Of a stretch of 64,000 nt of DNA, positions 17,401 to 30,300 are shown piece after piece (within the stretch, counting starts at the first letter, position 1; each line of letters begins with the position of its first letter). The position numbers and the translations under genes were made by a program. Under the pieces are notes generated by a model. That model saw only the letters and a program-made list of their open reading frames with translations. It did not search any database and had not been told where the DNA came from. Origin of the DNA: Balanoglossus misakiensis (Eukaryota; Animalia; Hemichordata); contig CM082588.2 of NCBI GenBank assembly GCA_040954595.2, positions 3,534,056-3,598,055 on the forward strand, given 5' to 3'.

Positions 17401-19863
17401 ACCAATTATATATCAACGTGATTTTACTTCTGCGCTGCACGTCGCCCCCGGCGAAACAAATACCGTCAAGCACTGTTCCAAATTTGACGATAGTGCTCAA
17501 CAACGTCACGCAAAACTTGAGTAGGTCGAAAGAAGACCACCGGGTGGTCAATGAACGAGGCAAATTTTCAATTTTCATTATCGTTCTGTTGTGGGTTTTC
17601 TCTTTTCTTCGAAAACAATCAGTTGCATTATTATTTCTGCGAAAAACACCATGGTAACTGACTGTATGTCTTTAAAAGGAAGTGTATTTTCAGGTGTGCT
17701 GTGCCTGCGCGGATAATTTTAATTTGGATTATATATAATTTTCCCCAAGAGCTCCGCTTTGTAATTAGTTTAAAAGCCCGTTCCCGTACAAAGCATTTAA
17801 GACGAAAGGGAGCTTTATCACATGGGTTAGTCGAGGCTACTGAGGCCAATTAAGCTCTCCCTGTATGTCCTGCGATGGTCAGTCGGCTGAAATAATGACT
17901 CCTTTAGGGTATACACTTTCCAGGTACACCTTGAATGATAGTAAGACTGCAAAGAACAGAGGTTGGTTTCTTTCCGAGGTAGAATAAAATGTATTGTGGG
18001 GGTAAACGGACTGGCAAAAAAATGACTGACATTCACCGGAAATAGTAGATGCCTTTTGGAGCTAATTCGCGTTTACTGCCTGGTGAGCGTGAGTCGTTAA
18101 GTCTATTTTGGTAGTTTCTTCTGTCGTTATCTCAGCCATAAAGTTCCAAGATTTACTGGCACGTTAAATAAGGAAAAATCGCCCCGAGTCAACATTCGTC
18201 GTCAGAACGCGGAAATGGGGGAATTAAGAATATATTTCTGGGTGATTATGACAGTACTTCCAATGTAAAATGTTTATTAATCCCATCGTTTAGTTATTTT
18301 TACACCAATAAAACGATGAAGACGTGATGGCTGGGGGCTTCATATGTAAACCGTTTTTCCAGCACTCGTCATGATGTACACCTGTATTAGGGGTTCAGAG
18401 AAATGAATGTTCCCGATTCAAGCAAAACTCTCAGATTTAAACTTGATTTTACCCTTCCATTGAGAAGCTATGGTTAAGTACAAGCACGCACGAAAGCACA
18501 GAGTAATAGTTTTGGGTGCACCCCTAAAATGGCCGCGATAAATTTGTCAAAAAAAGTTTAAAACTTTGATTTTCGACACCTGCAGTACAGTGATCTTATG
18601 GAAATCACCAACTGTCACATTTTCATTGAAGGCAAATCAATTCATAAACTCCCATCGGGCCCTGCAGTGCATTTGATCAACGGTCCCATTTGCATGCTGC
18701 AAACTCGAATGAAAACGCTTTCACACGTAATCCTATCCGATAAGAATCTTAAAGTAAACTATTCAGCTTTACAAACTCGCGCCACAACAATTTATTCCTT
18801 TGAACAAAAACCTGATTTTCTTTTTCAAGTTAAAAGATCCTTGCCTTATAGGGTAATTGAAAGAGAGATATCTTATCTCCCATCTATTCCTATGGGTTTT
18901 GAGACGTCAGACTGTTAACGGAAAACCAACCTGTAGTGTTATATTACACTAACCGATGATTGCTATCTGTTTTTTTGACATATACAGGCATATTATTCAA
19001 GTAGATATACCATTTTCAGAAGAACACGTTGTCCTATTTTTTCTCCCGATTATTGCTTCTGTCAGTTTCTTCCGCTGGTGTGACACGTGTTGATGTTGCA
19101 TATTTAGGGAGCCTTTTCTATCTCGTCCCCTGGGTCATTTCTGTAACTGCGCATCGCATTTCAGTTGCGATTTGCAACCGTTCGTTTGATGCGATTAGTT
19201 TGTTTGACAGGGGAATAGCTTCTGATGAATAGACACGGTAAAAAACAGTCATTTCCATTTACACATGGTTTGCCATGATGTACATTGTACCAGCTACACT
19301 TTGCGCCTACTTTGACCTGCTAGCAACTGTGTTGTAAAACTTTCTTTCTCTCACGGTTGTCTTTCTTCCTGATTGTTCCTCGCAGTTAGATTCTAGGTAG
19401 GCCTTTATATTTCGAAGTAATATGGCGTTATTAACAAGCTAAAACTCCATTTCTAGGGAACACCTTCTGCGATTTTTCTTGCTGGCTTCAAAGAGATGAT
19501 ATCACGATCTTTGACTCGTCTTTCTTTAGCTTTGTGGCAGCCGAGCGTTTTTCGAAGCTTCGCGCACGTTGCTTCGCCGCGGCCCGCTGAGCCTCCCGCC
19601 GCCAAAGCACAGCTCTCGGCCCGTTCGCTGGACCTCCTTCACAAACTAACGAGGCGGCATGCGTGCTTGTACGTGTTCCGAACGATCAGCTATCACCCTG
19701 CTTCAGCCAATAACGGAATACGTACAACCACTCATCCAAAAGCAAACAGCGAAGAGCACGTTTACACGCACGCCGAGTTTCGCATCTTTCTGAACAGCGC
19801 CATTGGTTTCAACGATGACGCCATCTTGGTACGTCTGGGGAAAACTGACGACTATTGGCCCAA

Positions 19864-20211
19864 TTAAGATAGACCGCGCCTTGAAAAAGCGAAGTCTTAA
19901 ACTTCTGTCATATTTGCTCAAAGAAACTTTAGGACATTATCTCTTGCATTTGAGAATAAAATTTGCGGGTCACCTCACCGTGCAAAAATTTGAATGACAG
20001 AGTATACTTGTCTCAAATTGTCCCGTATTGGAGATTCAAAATGGCCACCATTCTCTGTGTGACGGAGAAAATTTACAAGACGGTGAACACCCAGTTTCCT
20101 TCCTTGTTTTCAAAAAGACTCCACAACCTCTTTAATTTAGCAAAGAATTGGAAGGTTTGAAGGACTATTATTTTTCTGAAAATCTGTCCTCCGAGTCACA
20201 GACAACCTTAA
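19864..20211. mobile_element. Degenerate TTAA-flanked non-autonomous DNA transposon (Kolobok/piggyBac-type)
   Basis: Begins TTAAGATAGACCGCGCCTTG and ends CCGAGTCACAGACAACCTTAA. The terminal inverted similarity is weak (about 10/18). TTAA at both ends, no ORF. Confidence 0.35.
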
Positions 20212-21699
20212 ACCGCCCACAGACTTCTTGTACCCACGACGACGTTTTTATTACCACTTGCTTTGTCCAGGTTGGCAAGCGACCGTCAAGGAGATATGTC
20301 GTGACCGTAGACTCCTTGTTGGAGTGTCTCTCATAAAATATTCAAGGCAAAATTTATAGCGACTTCTGATTCCGATAAAGTGGTACGATTGCAAAAAATG
20401 GATGAATTCACTAGATAATGTCAACAGGGCCCGTTCTCTTTAAATAACCTTGAAATTATACCTCTATCATCTCTATGCGCGGGAAAGTGTGGGCTGCCGA
20501 AAGCCAAGCAATTATGCAGATGTTACCTGCGCACGGACGAATGGCAAATACATGATGTGTACTAGTGCCACGTGTTCTTGTTTCCTGAGGTCATGATTGT
20601 CTTAAGGGACCTTTCCAGAATCACAAGATATGGGGGAGGGGAAAGTGTAGGGGTTCTGCTTGACACGTCAAATGTAACCTTCATTGCATCGCTAGCTAAA
20701 TATTCCCTTCCCATTTTTATGAGGAAACCCGCATGCACTGAAGCCTGCATTACCATGGCGCCAGGTTTAATAAAATTCAAGATTTTCTGTTCGAACACAT
20801 GAGTCTAAAGCTACAATTATTGTGGTGATGATGATGAATATTATGATAATGATGATGATGATGAACGATTTTTTGTATGAAACTGCGTATCACAACCTCG
20901 CACGTCGCGAAAGAAATACCCTTTCAAGAATTCAAACATTCTGAGGGTATTTTCATTAGTCTGAGGCCTGTTTCGACATGCTGTCCCCGGCTGATATTAA
21001 GAAAGCTCGCTGGAGACCGGTTTTGACCGACGGGCAGCCCGTTTATCTTTCGTCGAAGCAGACACGCGTGCTCCACGCTCTAGGCTATGTCATTACGCTG
21101 AATGACTCGATGCGTGAACACGGTCTCGGCTGGAATATATTTGCGATCAATGATGTCCGTTTAAAATGCTCGCGTGGCCTGTTTAGCTGTGCCACGTAAT
21201 TTAAACGAGATAATTAGTTTCCCAAGTTCTTATTCATGCAGTTTGGTCACACACAACAATTAGAAATTCAAGAACAGTCCTAGTTACATGTATATATGCA
21301 GTGTCCCATTCTCTTCTCTTACATGTCGTTTAGGTTCGCCTAGCAACGCTTGCAAGTAGGAAAATTCTCGCGAAACGGAGACGTTTTCCTCGGGTGGAGA
21401 TAAATCCTACGTAGACATCAACGTTTGTTCGCCTTTTGTATATCCGATTGAGCTTCTTCTTAGGTATCACGTACAGACACGATAGGCTTCGCAGTAAATT
21501 AAACAACCGATCCTTTCCATTATTTTTTATTACCGGTCGTTCTACGTTATAATATTGAGGACGTGGACTCATAAAACGAGAAACACGGAGAAATACAGAA
21601 GAGGTTGCTTCTTAACATTCACTTGAATTTCAAAACCTGTTTTTTTAAAGACGCGACTTCAGGTAAAATATTTGTGATGGATAACTATATGGATCGATT

Positions 21700-21830
21700 G
21701 GTCGGTTGGTAGATCGATCGATGGATCACTGCCTGCCTGCCTGTCTGTCTGTTTGTTTGCCTGTCCGACGCTCTCTCTCTCCCCCTTCTCTCCCCTCCCG
21801 CATCTCTCTCCTATCTCTATCTCTCTCTCT
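21700..21830. repeat. Compound microsatellite (GATC/CTGC/CTGT/CT units)
   Basis: Read directly from the sequence. Confidence 0.8.
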
Positions 21831-24193
21831 GTTGTTGGCGCTAATCGCACAGGCAAAACCATTACTTATGAAAAGAAAAAGAAAAACACCCGAGGACTGT
21901 ATTGGGCAAACAGTACTCCTGCATATGTAGCGTGGGTCATAAGTTTAGTCTGATCTGCCTGTTTACAAAGGCAATTTTAAATTAGCCCGCGGCATTCTCC
22001 ATTAGGAACTGAGAATTTGTCGTCGTATCAGGGGGAATTGGTGCGGAAATCAGATTTCAGATGCGGCTGCCTGCTTTACGTCCGCAGAAGTCAGATTTTG
22101 CCGCTGATTGCTGTTGGATGGCGGGAAAGCCACGGTCGTCTGACGGAAACACTGCAGTAGGTGTCAGTCACCCTTGAGAAGTTATTTGTGTTGTCTTGAC
22201 CTTGTGTTGGTCCTCGAAAGGATAACTGTTGAACGCTCAGCCGCGTACATGATTTTAAAGACTGAACAGAACAGCGCACGCGTCAGCGGAATAATATCTG
22301 TGATATTAAGTGTAAAGTGTTTCGAAAATTGTGAGCACACCCTGTCCCAACATCAGTGGGTGATACAGTCTGTTAATGGTGAATAGGAAGTAACGCTATA
22401 AATGTAGACATCATTTGAAAATAAACCCCGCAAATAGATGTCGTTAATAACATATATTTATGCTAAAGATTAGGACTATCTAATATGTTTAAATGCTCCA
22501 TAATGTCATATAATATAGTGTATAGACTGTGATTTTTATTTGCTTAATGACTCTGGACACACATGTGCTGATAAGAATGTTGGAGTATATTGACGACAGA
22601 TTTAAGTCTTAGGTCGACAACAGCAATTTGACACTCAGCATGCCAATCGCTTTAACTGTTTGTTTGATTTGACAGTCAATCAAGACAGCCTTCCGTAGAC
22701 GTCTGAGTTCACAGCGTTTGCCTGTACAAACTTCCTTTGTCTGGGGATTTGCTCGTGAGCTGAATGTTAATACCAGACAGTTTCATCGCCAGGTATAGGT
22801 GTATAGTGCACGGCGCTAATTTGTTTCAAGCCTGATCAAAAAACAAACAGAACGTTTTATCTGTCTGTCATGACACCGGGGATTTTTTTCTTTCTGAGAA
22901 ATCGCGGAAGTGGTGTGATGCCAATAAACGGGGCTGTTGTCCAGTGCGCCTGTGTTTTCTCAAGTGATTCTGTTGTAGGCAATTTCAGGAGCCTGCTGTT
23001 TAGCAAAAAGGGCAGTCATTACAAACAGGAGCCTATCTGTCTGGCAACTGCGAGGTATTCTGCTCGATGTTACTTTGTTCCAGACTTTTTGTATCATGAC
23101 ACTACTGGAGAGAAACTGCCAAAGTTTCTTAGTAGAATATCTTAAAGTGTGGGTATCGTCCCGTTTGCGGCTGCGTGTAAGGGTCCCATGCGACACAATT
23201 GCTGGCAAGTCAAAGTAAGCGCCATGTGCAACCACCAGTATAGATGACACAACGACCTCAGATTAAGTTAACTCCAGTTTTCAAGTGAGTTCATCCAAAT
23301 ATTGCCTGATGGAGCTTAACCGAAGCCGTGACACGTATCGAGTCACTCGGCCGAGATGAGCACTTCGCACAAATCTCATCGCCGAGTGAAGACGACAGTT
23401 CGGGCAAAAATTAGGTTGATTTAGAACAGCCGCTGGCAATCTAGACTTCCGAATCTGTGACAGTACGAACCAGAAAAAAACATAAGGCCACGACGTCTAA
23501 GCCATGCAACGCCGCTTCTTTTTAAACTCAGAAAGCTCATGGTGATAGCTATTTCAGCGAGTATATGACGAGTAATTTTGACTAACAAAAAGCAACGTGT
23601 GTCCGGAAAATTGTTGCTAATGTAACATACAATTATAGTAGTAATTTGATAGAGGGACAATTTTCTGTGCAATTGAGAGTCAGTAAAGTACAGTTCTTAT
23701 AATCATTATCACCCGTAAATAGACCGTCCATTCAGGTTGTGTAACATCAAATGAAAGTAATGGGACCCTGTGTGTCAATTGGTGAGACGATGTTAAAACA
23801 CGAACAATCGACGATTGAAAAGCCTAACCTACTCATCTGTAGCGGGCAGAACGAAAAAGCGAATACCTTCAAATAACTGCCTTTCATTTGGATGGCATCG
23901 CGAGGCAACAACGCACAGCCACTTTCTGACTCGTGAAAAGACTCGATGTGTACTAAATCGATGTGACGAAAATTGTCTTTGAGAGAGAGAGAGAGTTGCT
24001 ATGACAACCGTTGTGTTGAATTTGACACCTCCCAATTTTTGTCACAGTCATGGTCGTGATTTTTCACACAGGTTAATCTTTGACAATACACTAATCATCA
24101 CTGTTTAGATCGACACTTTCTCGCGAGGGGAAACTTACACCTTTGACATTAAGGGGGACTGTTAGATGTGTATGAAAGCCAAGACAACCGTTT

Positions 24194-24341
24194 TAGGGAG
24201 TCGTCATTATTTACGGCCTTGGGGAGGGTGTCGGAGGAATTTCACTCGAAACACCAATCCCAGCTTCCATTTTAGTGACCCCCCTCTTTCTGATTCCTCC
24301 GACCCCCCAGCCCGAGGCCGTAAATAATGACGGCTTCCTTA
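24194..24341. mobile_element. MITE of about 148 bp with ~47-bp terminal inverted repeats
   Basis: Left arm TAGGGAGTCGTCATTATTTACGGCCTTGGGGAGGGTGTCGGAGGAAT. Reverse complement of the right arm is TAAGGAAGCCGTCATTATTTACGGCCTCGGGCTGGGGGGTCGGAGGAAT. TA at both termini. Confidence 0.85.
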
Positions 24342-27300
24342 TCAACACAACCTTGCCAACCACCCGCAGGACCAAAACGCGTTGGCTGAAATTCCATGGC
24401 AACACAGCTGGCGTTTTCAAGTTTCAAGATGTCTCCGCAACACCCACACAGATTGGTGGTGATGTCATAGGCAGAGGTTAAACTCCTAACTTGTGCCAAG
24501 AACAAAACATATTCTGTGGGAGGCGTGTATTTTTGACAAATTTCCCCTCTCAGACGACAAAGGTGTCTTCCTGCAATTGCTTCATTAATACTGTATTATT
24601 TTAGCGTTTAAGAATACTTATCAACCCACACACGCATTTCTGAAATAAATGTCAATATGAGGAAATCCAGTGCTCTAGTACCCCCTTCAGCAGAATGCCA
24701 GATCCAACGGAATATAGCACTGTCTTTTATGGAGTCTCATTATTTACGACAAAGTTACGCTTCGTGGATTTGACGATAAAGGCAGCTTCTTCATGTACTG
24801 TACGGCACACAGCAGTGTCCATGACTACGAGAGTCGTTTCACTTGTATTACACAATGTATTTCGCAATCTGCCTAATGGAGTGGTTTTTGTGAAAAGCGC
24901 CTGGGCAGACGACAAAAAGTGTTCAGGTGCATCCACACATGTAGATCGCCTAATTGACCGCGGGACTTCCCGCTTCGAAGAAGTTATATTTGATCTGTCC
25001 TTTTATGCTTGATGTAGCATAACTTTCATGTACCAGTAATGCGCCGTGCTTTTTTCTCTTCCGAGTGGCTGTTTCGTGGTGCATATAGCTGTCGCGGCCA
25101 TCTTTGAAAACCGTAAAACGGTTGAAGAATACATCGAAATTCTCCTAATCGCCTGAACAAGGACTCCCTCTGCCCCCAGCATGTCTTGATTAATTGCTTC
25201 TAATTGGAGACTGAAGAGTTTAATTTCAGCTCTAATTGTTTTGCTTTACTTAAATAATTAATCATTTCCGTTTTATCAGAAATTCTCCCAAGGTCATTTG
25301 TTCTTTAAAGTGTTCGCATGACATAAACACTTGTGACATTTGAAAGTCAAGCCTCATGGTGACGCTGTAAAACTTTAAATATAGAAGTCGCATATGAGCG
25401 TAAATATTTGCGTCTCATCAATATGTAGAAAGCGATTAAGCCAATGGCGTCTTCGAAAGTACACCTTTCCCCGCCGTTAGTTACAAAAACCACGTGTTTC
25501 ATCCAGTGTATGGTATAAGTAATCGTATAGTTTGATTTTTTTTTCTTCAGTTTTTTAGTCTGTATGCGAACCTACCCCAATGAATGTCTCGGAGCGAAAG
25601 TCAGCTTGTGCTTCCTGTTCGAGTGAAACTGTCCATTATTCAAGCTGTGTAAAATTAGAATCGCCATCGATTCTCCATTTCACCGTACGCTTTCCGGCCA
25701 CCCTGGAAAGTGAGTTGCACTTTAAGAAAAGCTGGCAGCGTCGATAGTGGATCGATTTATTGCCCCGACAAAGTGTCCCTGTCGATAGTCTTTCTCCATT
25801 CAGGTCGTTTATTCGTTTCACGTCTTTCGAACATTTAGATAAATTTAAAATTGATCGAGTCTATCCCCAGTCGGCTTCAGTAAAGCCCAAGTCAAATAAT
25901 CCTGCTTTTAACGTGGCACGTTTTCCAAGTTATATGCGACGTTGTTTAAAATATTGTGGTGGATATAGTGCACCTTCTTTTCCTCATCTGAATTCGAGGA
26001 TGCCCAGAAACGGTCGTTTCAAAAGTGGCCTCGCACAACTGTCACACTGAAAGAAAACTGTGAATCTGACACGGATTATGTAAACCAATCTGACTCGCAG
26101 AACAGGCGATATTTACATCATGATGTTCTTCGATTTAATAGTAGCAGTGCCATGGCTCTCTCGTAAGCAAGATACAATCAAAGTAATACTGATATTGTCA
26201 GCCGAAGAAAAGTGATCGTCCTAATAATTCAATTTTATATTTTTAATCTGATTCTGCGTACGTTTATCCGCCTATATCTTTTTTGTACACATGCAATGAT
26301 CGAGGTTATTGGAACCTTTGATGTGATTGCATACATGTGTACGCTCAGGTTGATGAATTGACGTTTCTAGGCGAATCGAGAATGTCAACCTTTACCCTGC
26401 AAAAACCATGACAACAATCGTCTTGGTATCTTCTCTATCAGTTTGCAAGACATATGCATGTGGGGAGGGTATAACCGAGAGCTATATGCACCATTACAGT
26501 GAGATACATTTACTGAGCTATATTAAACAATCGAATGTTACATTTCTCCCTCCAGATTTCTGGTCCACGTCACTGATTGAACCAGGTGCACGTTGGTTGC
26601 CCTTTTATCTTTGGACCGGTATGACCGCATGACCCGCCCGTGGTCCCATTTCTGACCCGAGCACAATTCCGTCCATTTCTATCATTCCCGTGGGTTACAA
26701 GCTATGGCGAAGTGGCTGTAAGTACCTGGCATTCTCATCTGATACACATACATGCATTATACATACATATATACAAGTTTACTTTTAATGTTCAGCACCA
26801 ATACCCCGTATATAACTTAATAACACAGTCCATATGTGTACAGTCAGCAATGTTACTGAATCTGAGTCTGGGCATGAATTCATTTGTCAGCAATAACAAC
26901 AGTCGTTCCCATTAATCCCATATATGTATACAAGATATATAAGTGATATACTTTGAGTGCATATACGTGCGTGTCGGCTTAAGCAAATCACAGTTTATTG
27001 AGTTTATTTTCGACTAATGATCGAAAATTTACTCTTTATTAAATTTGATTACTCGCGTGATAAAATGACAACCGGATTATAACGCGTCGGTATGTAAACT
27101 GTGATGCGTGTTATTTGCTCGATCTCCTGTCCTAAACCCGCGCAGGAAATGAGCAGTTTTATATTGGTTTCTCTGACTGAAACTCAATCAAATGTTTGAT
27201 CGGGACGGTTTGTTTTTGACGGGTGTCACAGATTCCGGTGCTGACGGATTGTTAAAAATAACATCAATTGGCAACGACAGCTGTGTTCCAATCAGGGTAC

Positions 27301-30300
27301 AAATTTGTCAGCGAACGCGAGGAAACCTTATAAACTGCGTCAGTCTTAATGCAGTAATCAATCCGTTTGGCCTTTGAGCCCGCCGCTCTGGTTGGCACTA
27401 TTGGAACAAGGTGTTGACAATTTTCACGGACGATTAGCAGTGAAGCCAGGTGTTGGCAGTCCATGGCGAAGAATCACACACTGATCTCGCCGGAATGTCC
27501 AACAATGGATTGCCAAGGCTAGCTTCAATGTTTCATGATGTAGAAAGAAGAATTGTATGTTTAGTAACTTTAAAGGAAAAATCAATGATTCAATTACCCG
27601 CAGACATATGATGGTATATTTAATGATAAAATTTATATAGGTCCTATTGGCTTGTCTGGAAGAGGTCTGATCATAAATATTGATCCAAATTAACATGATG
27701 ACATAGATGAATAAAAAGGCCCCTAGAAATTTAATCAGTTTTACTAAACGCTCCTTTTGACTTCCGCAATTCTAATAATCCCAGCGGGAAATGTTTTTGT
27801 GAGAGGTCACAATCTGCATTTCTTTGGATTCTGTTGAAAACGTATTTTTCCTCGACGGAGTGAATCTAGTTCTAACGCTTCCCGGCAGCTTCCCTTGGCA
27901 AAGAAAGATGAAAGAATACATCAAAGTGAGAAGATGTGTTGTACCACTGTCAACCAGACAATGCAGTTGAGAAAACATACAACACAGCTGGCATAATGAC
28001 TTCCACATAGTTTGCCTTCAACGAGAAATGTGAAGCAGATATGATAGGATTAAACATCAATATCGCACGATTGCCTTTGAGTGCATACGTCATCACTTTC
28101 ATTTCGAAATTCCACTCTAAATTGAGTTGAAAGAACACAGATAGATAGTAGGTTTTACCGTGTAGACGTTATGTCCAACCAAACATGACAAGTAATTTGT
28201 CTTTTATTCTTCATGATACGATAGGTGACAATAAAATATACAATTTTATTATTGGCTATCTCACCACCGAGAACGGCAACCAGCGACATCTTCAAAGGAA
28301 CTAAATTTTATATTTTAATGCCGGCACACAAATGGATGATCAAAAGTAATATCATTTTTATTATATTACTTGCTAAAACTTGGTAAATTTCTCAACAGGA
28401 CACCTGACCTACAGGACAAAGTGAAACGTCTGTTTCGGGTCATACCTAATGCTGTCAGCCAGGGGTTAGTTCTGGAGAAGTGCTTCTCTCGACCGAACGA
28501 CAATCAAATAATGTGTACAGACTCTTCTTAGACAAGCACCAGCAGGTGAGGACCTCTTGATCTTTGAAGTTATTTTTCTGAAAGGCCACTGGCCACTTTT
28601 GAAGGGAAAAGATGTCATTCTGTCTGCATTTCAAACCTAGTTTATTTTCTGACTGGACGTAACCCCAGCAGTGGCTGCCACAAGCGGTAAAGCCTCATGT
28701 TTGCCCGCGGGAAACGGTTATCGTTCGGAAAATTAAATTACAGTTTGGCTTAAACTAATGAGACGGATAGGACGAGCAGACGTCGCTGGGAGTTCGTTAT
28801 GTGAGCTTGCCATGATCCCCCATCTCCGCTTTGAGTTGCGATTGCTTGGAAGGGTACACTTTTTTGCCGGTTCATCTATCGGCCGCTGGCGGAAATTAAA
28901 TGTTCGACTCCGACTAGTTTTAATTCCCCCATCTCGTCCAATGACGCATACAGGCTAATCCGACCCGAGTGCGGCAGACAAGGGATGGGGGGAAACTAAA
29001 GCGCCCGGAAAGAGCGCATATCAGCTCCAATATTCTGATTTGCCGATGTACACTTAGCGGAACTCATCCATTCTGGCGCATACAGGTCACAGGAAAAACA
29101 CGATCTTCAGACGGCGAGGGAGGAAAATCTCGACCCAATCCGTGTGGATGTACGCCACACATCATTGCTCGTGTTGTAGTAATCGATCATTCGGCTATTG
29201 CCACAATCAGTACACTAACAGGAATCCGCTTTCATCTAAATACATGTACTATATACATGTATACATGGTTTTCCGCTCATTGCAAGATCTCGCGAGACTT
29301 GGTTACCTCCCGTGCTGCTAGCCAATAATACCTGTGAAGCTTACTAGAATACTAATAGATGCACAAAAATGATGACCAAAGCTTTCTTTTACCCATAATC
29401 CAACACGCTGTTATTTAAATTAGATACTGCATACGGTGTGTGTCAGACAGCCAGAAACAGTCAGCATGCTGTAGTCTGAATTGTTAGTGTGACAGTAGTA
29501 TTTGTTGGCACGAAATTCTCATCTGAAATCTGACGTGGACTTTGATTAAAGATGTCATTATCCAAGCGATGTTAAAACAGCGATTTGATATCGTCTTTAT
29601 GACGTGTAATATATCAACTGTACAACTCGACAGCTTCTGAGAAAGCTTGTAAATTTTAGCCGCCAAAATGAGTAGTTATTACCCCCACGGGGTCGCGAAA
29701 TAGCAATTATCATGAAATCATACGATGTAGAGAAATTCAACAGAAGGAGGGATATATTTTACCTGTCGTCTTGGAAAGTCGGCCAATCAATCGAAAAAAT
29801 GCGCCAAAGCGAAACTCACTTGTTGATTGCAAAAACAGTGACCCGGGGGAAACATTTTACTAAAATCCACATAAATTTAACGGGTCTTTGACGTTTGAGT
29901 GACGTCACCCCGAAAATCGTCAAAACGTAAGAACACGAACGTAAGAGCGTTTTCTTTCTTGTCGCGTGACAGACGACGATCTTTTCCCCACCAAGCCAAT
30001 TTCAGGTTAGCCATTTCTGAGTCGTATAGCTTGGGGCCAGTACATTTCCAAGGTTCCTATCTGAGTTGATATTGGTTCAGTAACTGCATGCAACAGCTCT
30101 CGGATAGTGTACAATGTACGCGTTGATGAACATGTATATTTAGTTCAGTTCAGTTTGAGTTAATTTTTTTCTTATAAACTGCCGAGATTGTACGTTCATT
30201 TTACCCTGTTGGGGACTGATAGAATAATTGTTCGCTTTCAATCCGCAAACTTTCACAGAGCAACGAGCGCGGTGTGATCTCTGATACCCTAAATTGAAAG

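Noticed and set aside
19496-19867. 123-aa plus-strand ORF
   Set aside because: No recognisable domain or splice context. Likely a by-product of local high GC.
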